Below, piece by piece: positions 20,300 through 30,447 of a stretch of 64,000 nucleotides of DNA (position 1 is the first letter of the stretch; each line of letters opens with the position of its first letter). The notes beneath the pieces were generated by a model, which was not told where the DNA came from, ran no database searches, and saw nothing but the letters and a program-made list of their open reading frames with translations. The stretch is taken from NCBI GenBank assembly GCA_963663225.1, contig OY760142.1:416001-480000 (forward strand), in the 5' to 3' direction. The position numbers were made by a program, and so were the translations under genes. Origin of the DNA: Nitrospirota bacterium (GTDB lineage Bacteria > Nitrospirota > UBA9217).

Positions 20300-20644
20300 G
20301 ATATACCTCCTCTGAAATATTGTTTAATCAATGATATAAAGAACGACTTTTCAATTTTTAGTACCGATATGCCACCTCCCCTCGTTGACAGAGTCTTTTC
20401 GTGCTTTGTTAACGCTGCAAGATTAAATACCGAGCATCAAATTCAGCATCTTTAATACGAGCAGCCTTTCCATCACGCATTATACGTTCATAAATAATTC
20501 AAGTTTTTAAAGACATCTAGCGTTAATCATGTCAACTAAATAATCAGGTTATACTCGTCATCATTTTATAAATATCGTCGAGGTAATCTTCCTTGATATC
20601 TCAAATCATTAAGAGCGATGTTTTTATTTGTATGATTTTGAATA

Positions 20645-21010
20645 TCATCTTACAAACCTTTTTACCACATCCATAAGCTGCTCAGGTTTAAAGGGTTTAA
20701 CGACCCAACCGCTTACTCCGACATTCCTGGCTTCTAACTTTTTTTCTTCCTGAGATTCGGTAGTCAACATGACAATTGGCATAAACTTGTGGGCTACCAT
20801 GCCTCGGACTTGCTTAATGAGGGCGATCCCGTCCATCTCGGGCATATTTAAATCGGTAATTATCATATCAATTTTGGTGTTATCCAATTTTGTAATTGCA
20901 TCTTTTCCACTATCTGCCATGACAACATCATAACCTGCGTCTTTAAGCGCAAAATTTACAAGCTGCCTCATAGAAGCCGAATCATCAACGACTAAAAAAG
21001 TTTTCGACAT
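20645..21010 (-). CDS. cheY: CheY-like single-domain response regulator
   Basis: LVVDDS, ITDLNMPEMDG, MLTTES, WVVKPF. Confidence 0.92.
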   Translation of the reverse strand: MSKTFLVVDDSASMRQLVNFALKDAGYDVVMADSGKDAITKLDNTKIDMIITDLNMPEMDGIALIKQVRGMVAHKFMPIVMLTTESQEEKKLEARNVGVSGWVVKPFKPEQLMDVVKRFVR

Positions 21011-21032
21011 ATTGCCTTTCTCCGTTATCCCT

Positions 21033-22184
21033 TTACGACTCTGCAAGTGTTCTATTCATAACAGATCGTTCCGATTCCATGGTGTACAAATCTCTTAGCC
21101 AAAACGCCGAGTCATTGACACTTCGATCAGAAGACTGAAATCGAACTGCCGTCAGCTTTTTAACCATTTTCTCAGAATCTTCCCTGAATTTAGTTAGCGC
21201 CTCGATTACATGTTCAATGCGTTGTTTTGTAATATCTTGAAACTGCATTGAAACAACGATATCGCTGATATCCTTTGCAAGATTTTTTGTCTCCGTTGTA
21301 AGCTCATTTAATTTCATCTGCGTATCTTTAATGGCGTCATTAATTCTAGTTAAGGCGTCTTCAACCGCCAGATCAGCTTCTGCCACGCGCTTACTGCTGG
21401 AAGTGACTCCGAATTCGCTTTTTTGCAATGCAATTTTCAAATCACTACCAATTTTAATTATCGTATTTCTAATCCGATTTGCAGCATCGTTTGAGCGTTC
21501 AGACAATTTTCGTACTTCTTCCGCAACAACACCAAATCCTTTGCCAGAATCTCCTGCTCGTGCTGCCTCTATGGCTGCATTTAAAGCCAGAAGATTTGTT
21601 TGTTGTGCAATATATTCTATATCTGTTACAATCTCGCAAATTTCTTCTGCATCATCCGTCATGACTTTCATGTTCTGCATCGTTTCTGCAGTTATCACCT
21701 TTATTTCTTCCATATCCCTAAGAACTTTTTTGAATGCTTTTTTCGCAACTTCTATAAATGCGCCCTCTTTCGCTGTTCCAACAAAAATGCTGAATGCATC
21801 AGAAGCCTTTGATGCATGGCTCCGTGCTCGCTCCACCATATTCATAAATTTCCCACCCATATCTAGAGCGGCTTGTTCTGTCTGCGAGGAAACCTCTTTA
21901 AGTTGATTCGCTAAAACTGGTACTAATTGATTCCTATCTTTAAGATGATAGGCAATGGGATGTACGACCTGTATCAATTCATCAAACATTTCTTTTTGCT
22001 CTTTTTTAAGTCTTCCTTCTACGTCTTTCAAAATTTTTTTTATTTTCACATAAGCAATACACATAAATCCGCAGGTTACAGTTACAAGTACGATTAACCG
22101 TAACAGCCTATGCTCGATTAAGGACATTAATGCAATGGATAGTAAAATTAAAAATGCATAAATCATAGGTTGAAGTTTAGTCAT
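21033..22184 (-). CDS. methyl-accepting chemotaxis protein with no periplasmic domain
   Basis: [17 protein letters not shown] and C-terminal [15 protein letters not shown]...YTMESER, typical of MCPs heading cheY-cheA operons. Confidence 0.9.
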   Translation of the reverse strand: MTKLQPMIYAFLILLSIALMSLIEHRLLRLIVLVTVTCGFMCIAYVKIKKILKDVEGRLKKEQKEMFDELIQVVHPIAYHLKDRNQLVPVLANQLKEVSSQTEQAALDMGGKFMNMVERARSHASKASDAFSIFVGTAKEGAFIEVAKKAFKKVLRDMEEIKVITAETMQNMKVMTDDAEEICEIVTDIEYIAQQTNLLALNAAIEAARAGDSGKGFGVVAEEVRKLSERSNDAANRIRNTIIKIGSDLKIALQKSEFGVTSSSKRVAEADLAVEDALTRINDAIKDTQMKLNELTTETKNLAKDISDIVVSMQFQDITKQRIEHVIEALTKFREDSEKMVKKLTAVRFQSSDRSVNDSAFWLRDLYTMESERSVMNRTLAES

Positions 22185-22249
22185 AGATAAAAAATTCCTC
22201 TTTCTATATTATTGACGCACGATGCAGCCGATTTTATCAATTGAGTCTT

Positions 22250-22276
22250 TTATCGGTATCGATTTTTTTAACTTTA
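22250..22276 (-). promoter_or_regulatory. sigma28 (FliA)-type promoter
   Basis: Minus strand TAAA-N15-ACCGATAA (consensus TAAA-N15-GCCGATAA), about 65 nt upstream of the MCP start. Confidence 0.75.
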
Positions 22277-22428
22277 GTTTTTGGATTAAATATTAGTATT
22301 TAAATACTTTTTTGAAGGAAAACTTGATTAGCCGTGTAGGGACAACTTATACATATTGTAAGGAATATTTGATAGCGGGTCAGAGTTGATGATTGTCTTG
22401 AAAGATATTAATTTAATAATCTAGGCAA

Positions 22429-23109
22429 CTAGAGTTGAAACAAACTAACTAACGTACCAATGGATACTAAGCTATGCTCTATGGCAAACTTGATTAGCCC
22501 CGGGATACCTTTGACACCTAATTTTTTCATCATGCGACTGCGATAGGTTTCGACGGTTTTTTGTGAAATTGAAAGTTTCTTCGCAATTTCAGCATTTGTG
22601 TCTTCTTTGACCACAAGTCTAAGAATTTCTTTTTCACGAAAGCTGAGCCGGCTGACCGGGCTAACGTCAGCATAGCCCTCTGGAACAGAAATATGTGTTT
22701 CGATTATTTTGTCAGCTATTTTTTTACTGAGATAGCGCTTGCCAGCAAAGACTTCTCTTAGCGCTAAAATTAGTTCAGCGCTAGATGATTCTTTCGATAA
22801 AAGTCCATTTGCTCCTGCCCGAAGTGTTTGAGAAATGTATTCACTAGAATCATATGCAGAAAATACTATAACTTTTATTAAAGGGTATTTTCTCTTCAAC
22901 AAGCGTGTGGTTTCTATTCCATTTAAACGAGGCATTACTATGTCCATAATGATAATATCTGGTATAGTCGGGCAAAGTTTATTTACCATTTCTATGACTT
23001 CACTACCATCTGATGCCTCTCCCACTATCTTTATATCTCGCTCAGCGCCTAAGAGCAGCCGCAAGCCTTCCCGAACAACAGCATGATCATCTACAATTAT
23101 TATATCCAT
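22429..23109 (-). CDS. NarL/LuxR-family response regulator
   Basis: IVDDHAVVREGL receiver; LSFREKEIL...EIAKKLSISQKTVETYRSRMMKKL HTH. Confidence 0.95.
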   Translation of the reverse strand: MDIIIVDDHAVVREGLRLLLGAERDIKIVGEASDGSEVIEMVNKLCPTIPDIIIMDIVMPRLNGIETTRLLKRKYPLIKVIVFSAYDSSEYISQTLRAGANGLLSKESSSAELILALREVFAGKRYLSKKIADKIIETHISVPEGYADVSPVSRLSFREKEILRLVVKEDTNAEIAKKLSISQKTVETYRSRMMKKLGVKGIPGLIKFAIEHSLVSIGTLVSLFQL

Positions 23110-23222
23110 AATTATCAATGTCCCGTTTATTCTAAAGAATAGTTGTTTTTCGAGAACAAATACTTTTATATTCTGCATAAAGAACGACTTACGCTAAACA
23201 AATGATAAAATATAGGAGAACT

Positions 23223-25619
23223 TTATGCATCCAAGTTTTCCCTTATTTTTTTCAGTAATTCTTGCGGTTCAAAAGGTTTTGAAATAAAAACAAAGTCTTT
23301 AATTGCTGTCCCTCTTTCATTAAGAATGTTACCGGTATAACCACTCATAAATATCGCCTTTATGGTAGGGTTTATCTTCTTGATGATTTCATAAACTTCC
23401 TTTCCGTTTTTTCTCGGCATAGTAACATCAAGAATAAGTAATTGAATTATTTTATTACTCTCTTTATATTTTTTTACCGCTTCTTCACCGTCTGCCGCTT
23501 TTATAACTTTATAACCGTATTCCTCTAGAATGTACTTTGTGTAATTCATGACAGCCGGCTCGTCTTCTGCAAGCAATATTGTCTCTGTGCCTCCTAATAA
23601 AATAGGAAGCTGAACCGGCTCATCTTTTTCTATTTCCGCCTCAATTAGGGGTAAAAATATGCTAAAAACGGTTCCTTTATTGATACTGCTGCTTACACCT
23701 ATAAAACCGTTATGCTGCTTGACTATACCGTATACTATTGAAAGTCCTAGTCCCGTTCCTTTTCCCACCTCTTTCGTAGTAAAAAACGGATCGAATATTT
23801 TTTTTAAAATATTATCCTCGATACCTGTTCCTGTGTCACTGACGGTAATGAGTCCATACTTACCTACTTTTCCGAACTCATTTTTCTGTATAAATTCATC
23901 ATCGATCATCTCTTTTCGTACTTCTATAAGCAGTTGGCCTCCATTTGGCATAGCATCACGCGCGTTAGTTGCAAGATTCAACAGGACCTGCTCTATCTGT
24001 CCACTGTCAGCCAATACTGTTATATTCTCACTTTGAAGCAATCCCGTTTTTAAATCGATATCTTCACCAATCGCCCGAGATATAAAGCTGATTATTTTTT
24101 CTATTACACTGTTGAGATCTACTGGCTTTGGATTTATTATTTGTTTTCTACTGAAAGCGAGAAGGCTCTTTGTCAGTTGAGCTGCTCGATTTGAAGCTAC
24201 AAGAATTTGCTCTATATTCCGTTTAAGAGACTCATCCTTGATTTTTATTTGCAGAATGCTGGAAAAACCGATAATCGCCGTCAAAATATTGTTGAAGTCG
24301 TGAGCAATTCCGCCTGCAAGAATACCGATTGATTCCATTTTTTGCGAGTGATAAAGTTGTTGCTCAAGTTTTATCTTTTCTGTTATATCATTCAAAATTT
24401 CTATTGTATACATGATGTTATTGGACGCATCCCTAATCGGATATGATCTTACATCCAGATATGTCGTATCAGTATCATTTTTTGAATATGCATGAACCGT
24501 TGTGGCCGGATCACCCGTATTGAATGTGTGCATTACAGCGCAAACTTTCCCACAGTCTCCACAGGGTCTTTTAGTTTTTAGATACACCTCATAGCAGTTT
24601 TTACCTATAACTTCCTCTCGTGATGATTCGACCAATTCGCAATAGGCACGGTTTGCAGTAACAATTTTGTAATCCTGATCAACGACCACCAGGCATTCGC
24701 CCATACCTTCAAATATGCTACTGAGGAAATGTATCGTTCTACGATTTTCAGTCACATCCTCAACAATACAAGCTATACGGTAATATTCGCCCTCTGCATC
24801 CTTGATTAAAGTTCGCTTGAATTTCACCCATCTCAGCATACCATTGTAATGAATGATCCGGCAGTATTTTTCAGCAACTTCTTCTCTGTTTTCATTAATA
24901 TCGTACAAAATGGGTTCGCGATCTTCTGTATGGATGCAATTCAACCATATTTTAGGATTTTCATAACAGGCTTGCGCAAAAATTCCGAAAATCTTCTCAA
25001 ATCTCGGGCTCACATACAACATTCTTTCTGAATTTAATGATATTAATAAAAATGCAGCATCGGTGCTCGCTGCTAGTTGGTGAAAACGATTTTTACTCTC
25101 TCTAAGTTCTTGTTCGATCCGTCTTCGTTCGACTATTTCTGTTGCTAGCATCTCTTTAACTTTGGCAAGGTCGTGAGATTGCAAAAAAGGTTGCGGCTCA
25201 GATTCCTCTTGGCTACTCTTGTGGACAGATTCTGTGAATGAATCGCTTTCGCTTTTCTCGATAAGGCATTCAAACCATTTCAATTTTCCTGATTCGTCGT
25301 ATTTCTGGTTCGCTATTAGCCAACACCAGATAACGTTTCCAGTCTTTGTCTTCATAGCTATTCTTTTCTTTTTTAGTGAGCCACAACGCTTCAGTTCTTC
25401 AATTGCAACTTCTCTGTCCCGCGGATTATCGTACAGGTTACATGAAGAAATATACAATAACTCTTTTGCGGAATCGTACCCCAAGAGTCGAGCTATACTT
25501 TGATTCGCACAGACGATTCTTGAATTGGCAACTTCGTTTTTATAATAACCAATTTTCATATCGTCTATAAACTTATCGATATGCGCAGGAATGTAATCGT
25601 TAGTGTTTTCTTCAGGCAT
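23223..25619 (-). CDS. cytoplasmic multi-PAS hybrid histidine kinase
   Basis: Three PAS domains, GGIAHDFNN H-box, GKGTGLGL, C-terminal receiver; no TM. Confidence 0.95.
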   Translation of the reverse strand: MPEENTNDYIPAHIDKFIDDMKIGYYKNEVANSRIVCANQSIARLLGYDSAKELLYISSCNLYDNPRDREVAIEELKRCGSLKKKRIAMKTKTGNVIWCWLIANQKYDESGKLKWFECLIEKSESDSFTESVHKSSQEESEPQPFLQSHDLAKVKEMLATEIVERRRIEQELRESKNRFHQLAASTDAAFLLISLNSERMLYVSPRFEKIFGIFAQACYENPKIWLNCIHTEDREPILYDINENREEVAEKYCRIIHYNGMLRWVKFKRTLIKDAEGEYYRIACIVEDVTENRRTIHFLSSIFEGMGECLVVVDQDYKIVTANRAYCELVESSREEVIGKNCYEVYLKTKRPCGDCGKVCAVMHTFNTGDPATTVHAYSKNDTDTTYLDVRSYPIRDASNNIMYTIEILNDITEKIKLEQQLYHSQKMESIGILAGGIAHDFNNILTAIIGFSSILQIKIKDESLKRNIEQILVASNRAAQLTKSLLAFSRKQIINPKPVDLNSVIEKIISFISRAIGEDIDLKTGLLQSENITVLADSGQIEQVLLNLATNARDAMPNGGQLLIEVRKEMIDDEFIQKNEFGKVGKYGLITVSDTGTGIEDNILKKIFDPFFTTKEVGKGTGLGLSIVYGIVKQHNGFIGVSSSINKGTVFSIFLPLIEAEIEKDEPVQLPILLGGTETILLAEDEPAVMNYTKYILEEYGYKVIKAADGEEAVKKYKESNKIIQLLILDVTMPRKNGKEVYEIIKKINPTIKAIFMSGYTGNILNERGTAIKDFVFISKPFEPQELLKKIRENLDA

Positions 25620-25728
25620 AAACCACTCTCTTGTTTTCCTATTTTGATTAAATTAGGAATAAGATAATAGCAATCTACCCAACGTTATCGTCCAATCGTT
25701 TTGCCAGCAATCTTTGCAAAATATCTAT

Positions 25729-25749
25729 ATAGTTGGTAATACCAACTAT
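25729..25749. promoter_or_regulatory. perfect 21-bp palindrome, putative MarR-type operator
   Basis: ATAGTTGGTA-A-TACCAACTAT between the marR-like gene and the kinase start. Confidence 0.6.
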
Positions 25750-25764
25750 TATGCCAAAAAAAAA

Positions 25765-26196
25765 TTACTTTATTAAATTTTCGTGAGCTTTATGTAAGAC
25801 CTTATTGCATATTTCCATTTCTTGCTCTGTAATCCCTCTCCGCAACTGCTGAAAGATCTTTTCCGCCAAAATTATTACTCCATGTATTACGCTCTCACCT
25901 CGCTTCGTAATATAAATGATTTTTTCTCGGCCATCCAAGGAGTTTTTCTTGCGGAGTATAAGTTTTTGAGATTCTAAGCCAACCGCAAGATGAGCCATTG
26001 TTGTTTTATCTTTGAACAGCTTCTGAGCGAGCTCCCACTGCGATTGACCGTTTTGCTCCCATACCTGAACTAGAACCGATATGTGCTCAGCCGTAATTTT
26101 GTAGCTATGTTGTGTCAATTCTTGGTTTAACTTCTTCTGAAAAGCCCTTGATAAAAGAGTTGCCTGAATAGTAATCGATCCTTTAGTTGTATACAT
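25765..26196 (-). CDS. MarR-family transcriptional regulator
   Basis: SQWELAQKLFKDKTTM...LESQKLI...DGREKIIYITKRG winged helix. Confidence 0.9.
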   Translation of the reverse strand: MYTTKGSITIQATLLSRAFQKKLNQELTQHSYKITAEHISVLVQVWEQNGQSQWELAQKLFKDKTTMAHLAVGLESQKLILRKKNSLDGREKIIYITKRGESVIHGVIILAEKIFQQLRRGITEQEMEICNKVLHKAHENLIK

Positions 26197-26603
26197 TAAA
26201 TATACCTTTTTGTGCAGTTTTATGCAACAAAAAATTGCAAAAAATCACCTCGCAACATACTGATTTTATGGAGATAACTCAGGTATTTCGCTAAAAGTAT
26301 CTATTTATTTAACATTCGAGACACTTAAGCTTTTTCTGAATATTACCTGCTTTTTTACTCCAAAAGCTGTTCGCTAAATTTCTGTCCATCTGGGGTTCAA
26401 TTTAATTGGGGAAAAAATGAAGATAAGGTACGATAAAAAAGTTTAAATTCGCGAAATTATACACTTAAGGTGTGCATAACAAAAGGGCTTTTTTTTGATA
26501 TGTTTTCAATTTTAATAATCGGCTTCAAATAAGATAATACGGCTTTCTAGTCATTTACTTGTCATGTACTAATATCTACGCTGAAGGAGGCCTTAACCGC
26601 AAA

Positions 26604-27251
26604 TTAATCTTTAAATATATATTGAAAATTCGTAGCCGCTAGCAAATCTCCCATATTCGATTCGATGTGATTTCTCATTTTTTTTTCGGCCATTGCCGGA
26701 TTTTCAGCCAAAATGGCGTCAATTATCTCTATATGCTCTTCCAAAGAACGATTTATCCGTCCCGGAATATAGCCGGCCGGATTTAAAAGTCGTATGCTCT
26801 GATTGTCAAGCTTATTCATAATGCCTATCAGACGTTTATTTCCAGTCGAATCAATTATAAGCCGGTGGAGATCGTGGATATCATTGGTGTACACTTGTTT
26901 TTTTTGTTCAAGTAATTTAACTGTAATCTTTCTGATTTCCTTGACTTTTTCTTTTTCAATCCGTTTCACACACACTGACGCTGCAAAAGGTTCAAAAAGA
27001 AGCCGTAACTGAAAAATTTCATAAATATCTACAGGTGAAATGGTGGTCACTATGGCGCGATTATTGATAACAGTAATTAATCCTTCGGATTCGAGCCGGA
27101 TGAGTGCTTCGCGAACTGGTGTGCGGCTCATATTAAGGTTATCCACTATCCACTTTTCCGTAACAGGGGAACCAGGCTTTAATTCAGATTTAAAAATGGC
27201 ATTCCTTATGTAATCGTAAGCGACTTGACCGTTATTTGATGTTTTCCGCAA
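26604..27251 (-). CDS. GntR/FCD-family regulator, paralog 1 (downstream of a cobalamin riboswitch)
   Basis: MSRTPVREALIRLESEGL HTH; FCD motifs HDLH..TGN, SLEEH, HIESN; TTG start with AGGAG. Confidence 0.93.
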   Translation of the reverse strand: MRKTSNNGQVAYDYIRNAIFKSELKPGSPVTEKWIVDNLNMSRTPVREALIRLESEGLITVINNRAIVTTISPVDIYEIFQLRLLFEPFAASVCVKRIEKEKVKEIRKITVKLLEQKKQVYTNDIHDLHRLIIDSTGNKRLIGIMNKLDNQSIRLLNPAGYIPGRINRSLEEHIEIIDAILAENPAMAEKKMRNHIESNMGDLLAATNFQYIFKD

Positions 27252-27277
27252 GATAATCTCCTACTATATAAATACCA

Positions 27278-27318
27278 TAAATAAAAATCCCCAATCTTCA
27301 TAATCAAGATTGGGGATT
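27278..27318 (-). terminator. riboswitch expression-platform terminator
   Basis: 13-bp stem AATCCCCAATCTT/AAGATTGGGGATT followed by TTTTATTT on the minus strand. Confidence 0.8.
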
Positions 27319-27375
27319 AATCGACAAAAACGTTAATCCACACAACATCTCAACGCCGAAGAGTGTGTGAAAACA

Positions 27376-27540
27376 TAAAGGCCGGTCTTCTGGCTTTCCC
27401 TTCTCTACTTACCTTCCCAGCCTTGTTCCAAGCCAGTGATAAGAGCATAGCAGAGAACTTTGATCCCCTACTGCGGGATCGGGATTACAGCGGCGGGTCC
27501 GCTCCCGATTCTCACGGGATTCCCATAACCTAAATGTCGT
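27376..27540 (-). ncRNA. cobalamin riboswitch upstream of GntR paralog 1
   Basis: Minus strand GGGAATCCCGTGAGAATCGGGAGCGGACCCGCCGCTGTAA...CACTGG...GGGAAGG...AGCCAGAAGACCGGCC (B12 box). Confidence 0.92.
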
Positions 27541-27639
27541 AAAACATATTTATAATTTTATAACATAAAACGGCTCAAAAGTCAAAGAATTCTCTCTCGA
27601 CTGAAAAGAATGATTTGACGCTTGCTGGTATTTTTCGCG

Positions 27640-28812
27640 TTAATTATTTTCGTTCAATTCCGGATATTTGATTAAAAAACTCAGCAAACACCCGATTATT
27701 GGAAGGACAATAATAAAGTGCAGTGCAGAAAGGACGCTATAATTATCCGCAATTACGCCTAAAAGAGTTACTCCCAGTCCTCCTGTTCCAATGGAAAAAC
27801 CTACCGTAAGTCCTGATGCCATGCCAATGTTGTTCGGCAGGAGGCGCTGAGCCATGGCGACAGTAATGGAAAATGAGGAAATAAGGACTACACCGAGAAT
27901 ACCGAATACAATAAACAAATAAACTCCATTGGCATAAAATATAAGTGGCAGTACGAGAGCTGTTAACGCTAATGAGACAATCATAAAGCGCTTATGGCCC
28001 CATCGGTCTGCGAGTCGTGCGCCGAGAAGCGTGCCGATAACCGAACTCAGCAGAAACACTGATACAAGTTTTCCCGCATACATCGGATCTCCCTTTAAGT
28101 AGTCCTTGTAATAAAAAGGAATATACGTTAAAAGACCGAACTGGGTCCATGATCTCATAATGACAACGCCGATAATATAAGAAAGAGCTATATAGGCTCT
28201 CCTGTTACAATTGCTTTTTATAGCAGTTTTTTTGCTTATACTATGCGCCCTCGTTGGGATTGTAATAGCTTTCCAATAAACGCTTATAAGTACTATAAAA
28301 ATAAAGGCGGGGATAATCATTACAGGAAGATATATCAGACCATAATGCGTAATTACATAAATAGTAAGAAATGGTCCGATCGCAAATCCTAGATTTCCAC
28401 CAACCGAAAATACCGATAAACCTGTGGCTATCTTTTCTCCGGTGAAATAGGAAGCGGTTTTAAAACCCTCAGGATGATAAGCAGAAATGCCGAGACCGCT
28501 AAGAAGAACAAGCATAAGAACAACGATATACTGAGAAGGAAAAATTACAAGGGAAAAACCCAATCCGGCAAAGAGGCATCCTAGTGGCAAAAAAACAGGC
28601 TTTTCTTTTTTGTCCGAAATCATGCCGAAGAACGGCTGAATAACCGACGAGGCAATGTGCGACGCAATAAGAATAAATCCGGCCATCGTATACGAAAGAT
28701 TAAGTTTATCTTTCAGAAACGGTAATACTGCGATCAAGGCTCCATTGTATATGTCCACCACGCAATGCCCAAAGGACAGCAGTATAAGCTCTTTTAGCCT
28801 GAATTTATTCAT
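27640..28812 (-). CDS. MFS transporter, Fsr (fosmidomycin-resistance)-like
   Basis: GHCVVDIY, SSVIQPFFG..SDK, AYHPEG, FSVGGNLG; 12 TM. Confidence 0.88.
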   Translation of the reverse strand: MNKFRLKELILLSFGHCVVDIYNGALIAVLPFLKDKLNLSYTMAGFILIASHIASSVIQPFFGMISDKKEKPVFLPLGCLFAGLGFSLVIFPSQYIVVLMLVLLSGLGISAYHPEGFKTASYFTGEKIATGLSVFSVGGNLGFAIGPFLTIYVITHYGLIYLPVMIIPAFIFIVLISVYWKAITIPTRAHSISKKTAIKSNCNRRAYIALSYIIGVVIMRSWTQFGLLTYIPFYYKDYLKGDPMYAGKLVSVFLLSSVIGTLLGARLADRWGHKRFMIVSLALTALVLPLIFYANGVYLFIVFGILGVVLISSFSITVAMAQRLLPNNIGMASGLTVGFSIGTGGLGVTLLGVIADNYSVLSALHFIIVLPIIGCLLSFLIKYPELNENN

Positions 28813-28867
28813 ATAACTTTTTTGAATCTATCTAGATATCTTTTATGAGGATTTGTGTTTTTGCTTC

Positions 28868-29524
28868 TTATCCCATAGGCCATGATCCAACCATATTATG
28901 TTCCAGCTCCTGTAATTCTGCAGTTGATGATATGCAAATTCCCAAGTCATTGAGAAGTCCATCGGAAATTCCATATATCCAACCGTGAATAGTCAGTTGC
29001 TGCCTTTTATTCCATGCTGATTGAACAATTGTGGTGTTGCAGACGTTTACAACTTGCTCTATCACATTAAGCTCGCAGAGCCGGTCTAGCCGCTGATTTG
29101 GATCAGTCGTATACATTATCTTATCGGATCTTCTACGATACGTATCGCGTACATGACTCAGCCAGTTAGATAGTAAACCATGAGGACTGTTTTCTATGGC
29201 CGCCCTAATCCCTCCACAGCCATAATGCCCGCATACAATAATGTGTTTTACCTGTAAAACTTCTACTGCATACTGAATAACTGAGAGGCAATTCATATCT
29301 GAGTGAATAACCAGATTAGCTACATTGCGATGGACAAATAGTTCTCCAGGAAGCAGGCCGACTATTTCATTGGCGGGGACGCGGCTATCCGAACATCCAA
29401 TCCAGAGATATTCAGGCGATTGCTGCTCTGCCAATTTTTTGAAAAATTCAGGATTGGACTGTGTAATTTGTGTTGCCCATTGCCTGTTGTTTTCGAATAA
29501 CTGAGTTAATTTTTTCAACTGCAA
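28868..29524 (-). CDS. can: beta-class carbonic anhydrase
   Basis: WIGCSDSRVP, FVHRNVAN and HYGCGG Zn ligands. Confidence 0.96.
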   Translation of the reverse strand: MQLKKLTQLFENNRQWATQITQSNPEFFKKLAEQQSPEYLWIGCSDSRVPANEIVGLLPGELFVHRNVANLVIHSDMNCLSVIQYAVEVLQVKHIIVCGHYGCGGIRAAIENSPHGLLSNWLSHVRDTYRRRSDKIMYTTDPNQRLDRLCELNVIEQVVNVCNTTIVQSAWNKRQQLTIHGWIYGISDGLLNDLGICISSTAELQELEHNMVGSWPMG

Positions 29525-29706
29525 TACTCTCCTGTATTATCAGATAGCAAACATACCTCATGGTTTGATTTGTTTGAATCATGTACTACAAATACAGTGG
29601 ATATTACTCAGCATCCATTATAAGTAATGGTTTACTTAGTAGATTATATATTATGCTACCATTTTCTCGAAAGCCGTATTCATATTCAGGCTTTTTGTGT
29701 CTTCGT

Positions 29707-30366
29707 TCACCTCAAAATCGTGTACGTAATCGGGACTTCGATCCAGCCATTCACATGCGGCAGCGGGCCCGCACGATAGACAGTTCTGACAGATGCAGCA
29801 TCAAGGATTTTTGACCCCGAGCTTTTTATGATCTCCACCCTCTCTACATTACCCGAGTGCAACACCCAGAACCGGACCCGCACGACCCCTTCGATCCCCC
29901 GTTCACGCGCGATGCGGGGATATGTTTTCGCCCGCTCCAGCGCAGCCTGGATCAGCTGCCACTGATCAGGCGACAGAACACCGGGCCGGGAACCCGGTTC
30001 ACCGCCTGTGTCCTGTGGTATTGTTTTCGTATCTGATACGCCCTCGTTCTCTGGCGTGCCTGATGCAGCCGCTGTTGACGCAGTTACCACATGAAGGGTT
30101 TCATTCGCGTCGGCTTTTTGCAACGGTTCGGAATCGCGTACTGCGGCAGACGGTGGCCTTGACTGAATGTTCCGGGATCGGGACGCGGTCTGCTCGATTT
30201 TTCCGGCAATCTGATCTGCCCCTATGAGCGTCACCGTAATCACATTGGATTTCCCGAGCAGATGCCCGTAGTGCGCGAATGCCAGCGCGCTGCCGAACAG
30301 CAGAATATGTATTCCGAGAGAAGCAATGAGTGAGCGCTGAAATGTCATAGAATTTACTTTTAACAT
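29707..30366 (-). CDS. tonB: TonB energy transducer
   Basis: N-terminal TM SLGIH; C-terminal YPRIARERGIEGVVRV...SSGSKILDAA. Confidence 0.9.
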   Translation of the reverse strand: MLKVNSMTFQRSLIASLGIHILLFGSALAFAHYGHLLGKSNVITVTLIGADQIAGKIEQTASRSRNIQSRPPSAAVRDSEPLQKADANETLHVVTASTAAASGTPENEGVSDTKTIPQDTGGEPGSRPGVLSPDQWQLIQAALERAKTYPRIARERGIEGVVRVRFWVLHSGNVERVEIIKSSGSKILDAASVRTVYRAGPLPHVNGWIEVPITYTILR

Positions 30367-30447
30367 TATAGCCTGCAGACTGTTTTTAGCAGTCCCGGGT
30401 GAAAATGTCTTCCCGCACGATTCGTGCGGGAAGACCTATAGCCTGTT

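Noticed and set aside
25735-25760. sigma54 promoter (TGGCAT-N5-TTGG on the minus strand)
   Set aside because: The -12 element reads GG instead of GC; the palindrome explains the site better.
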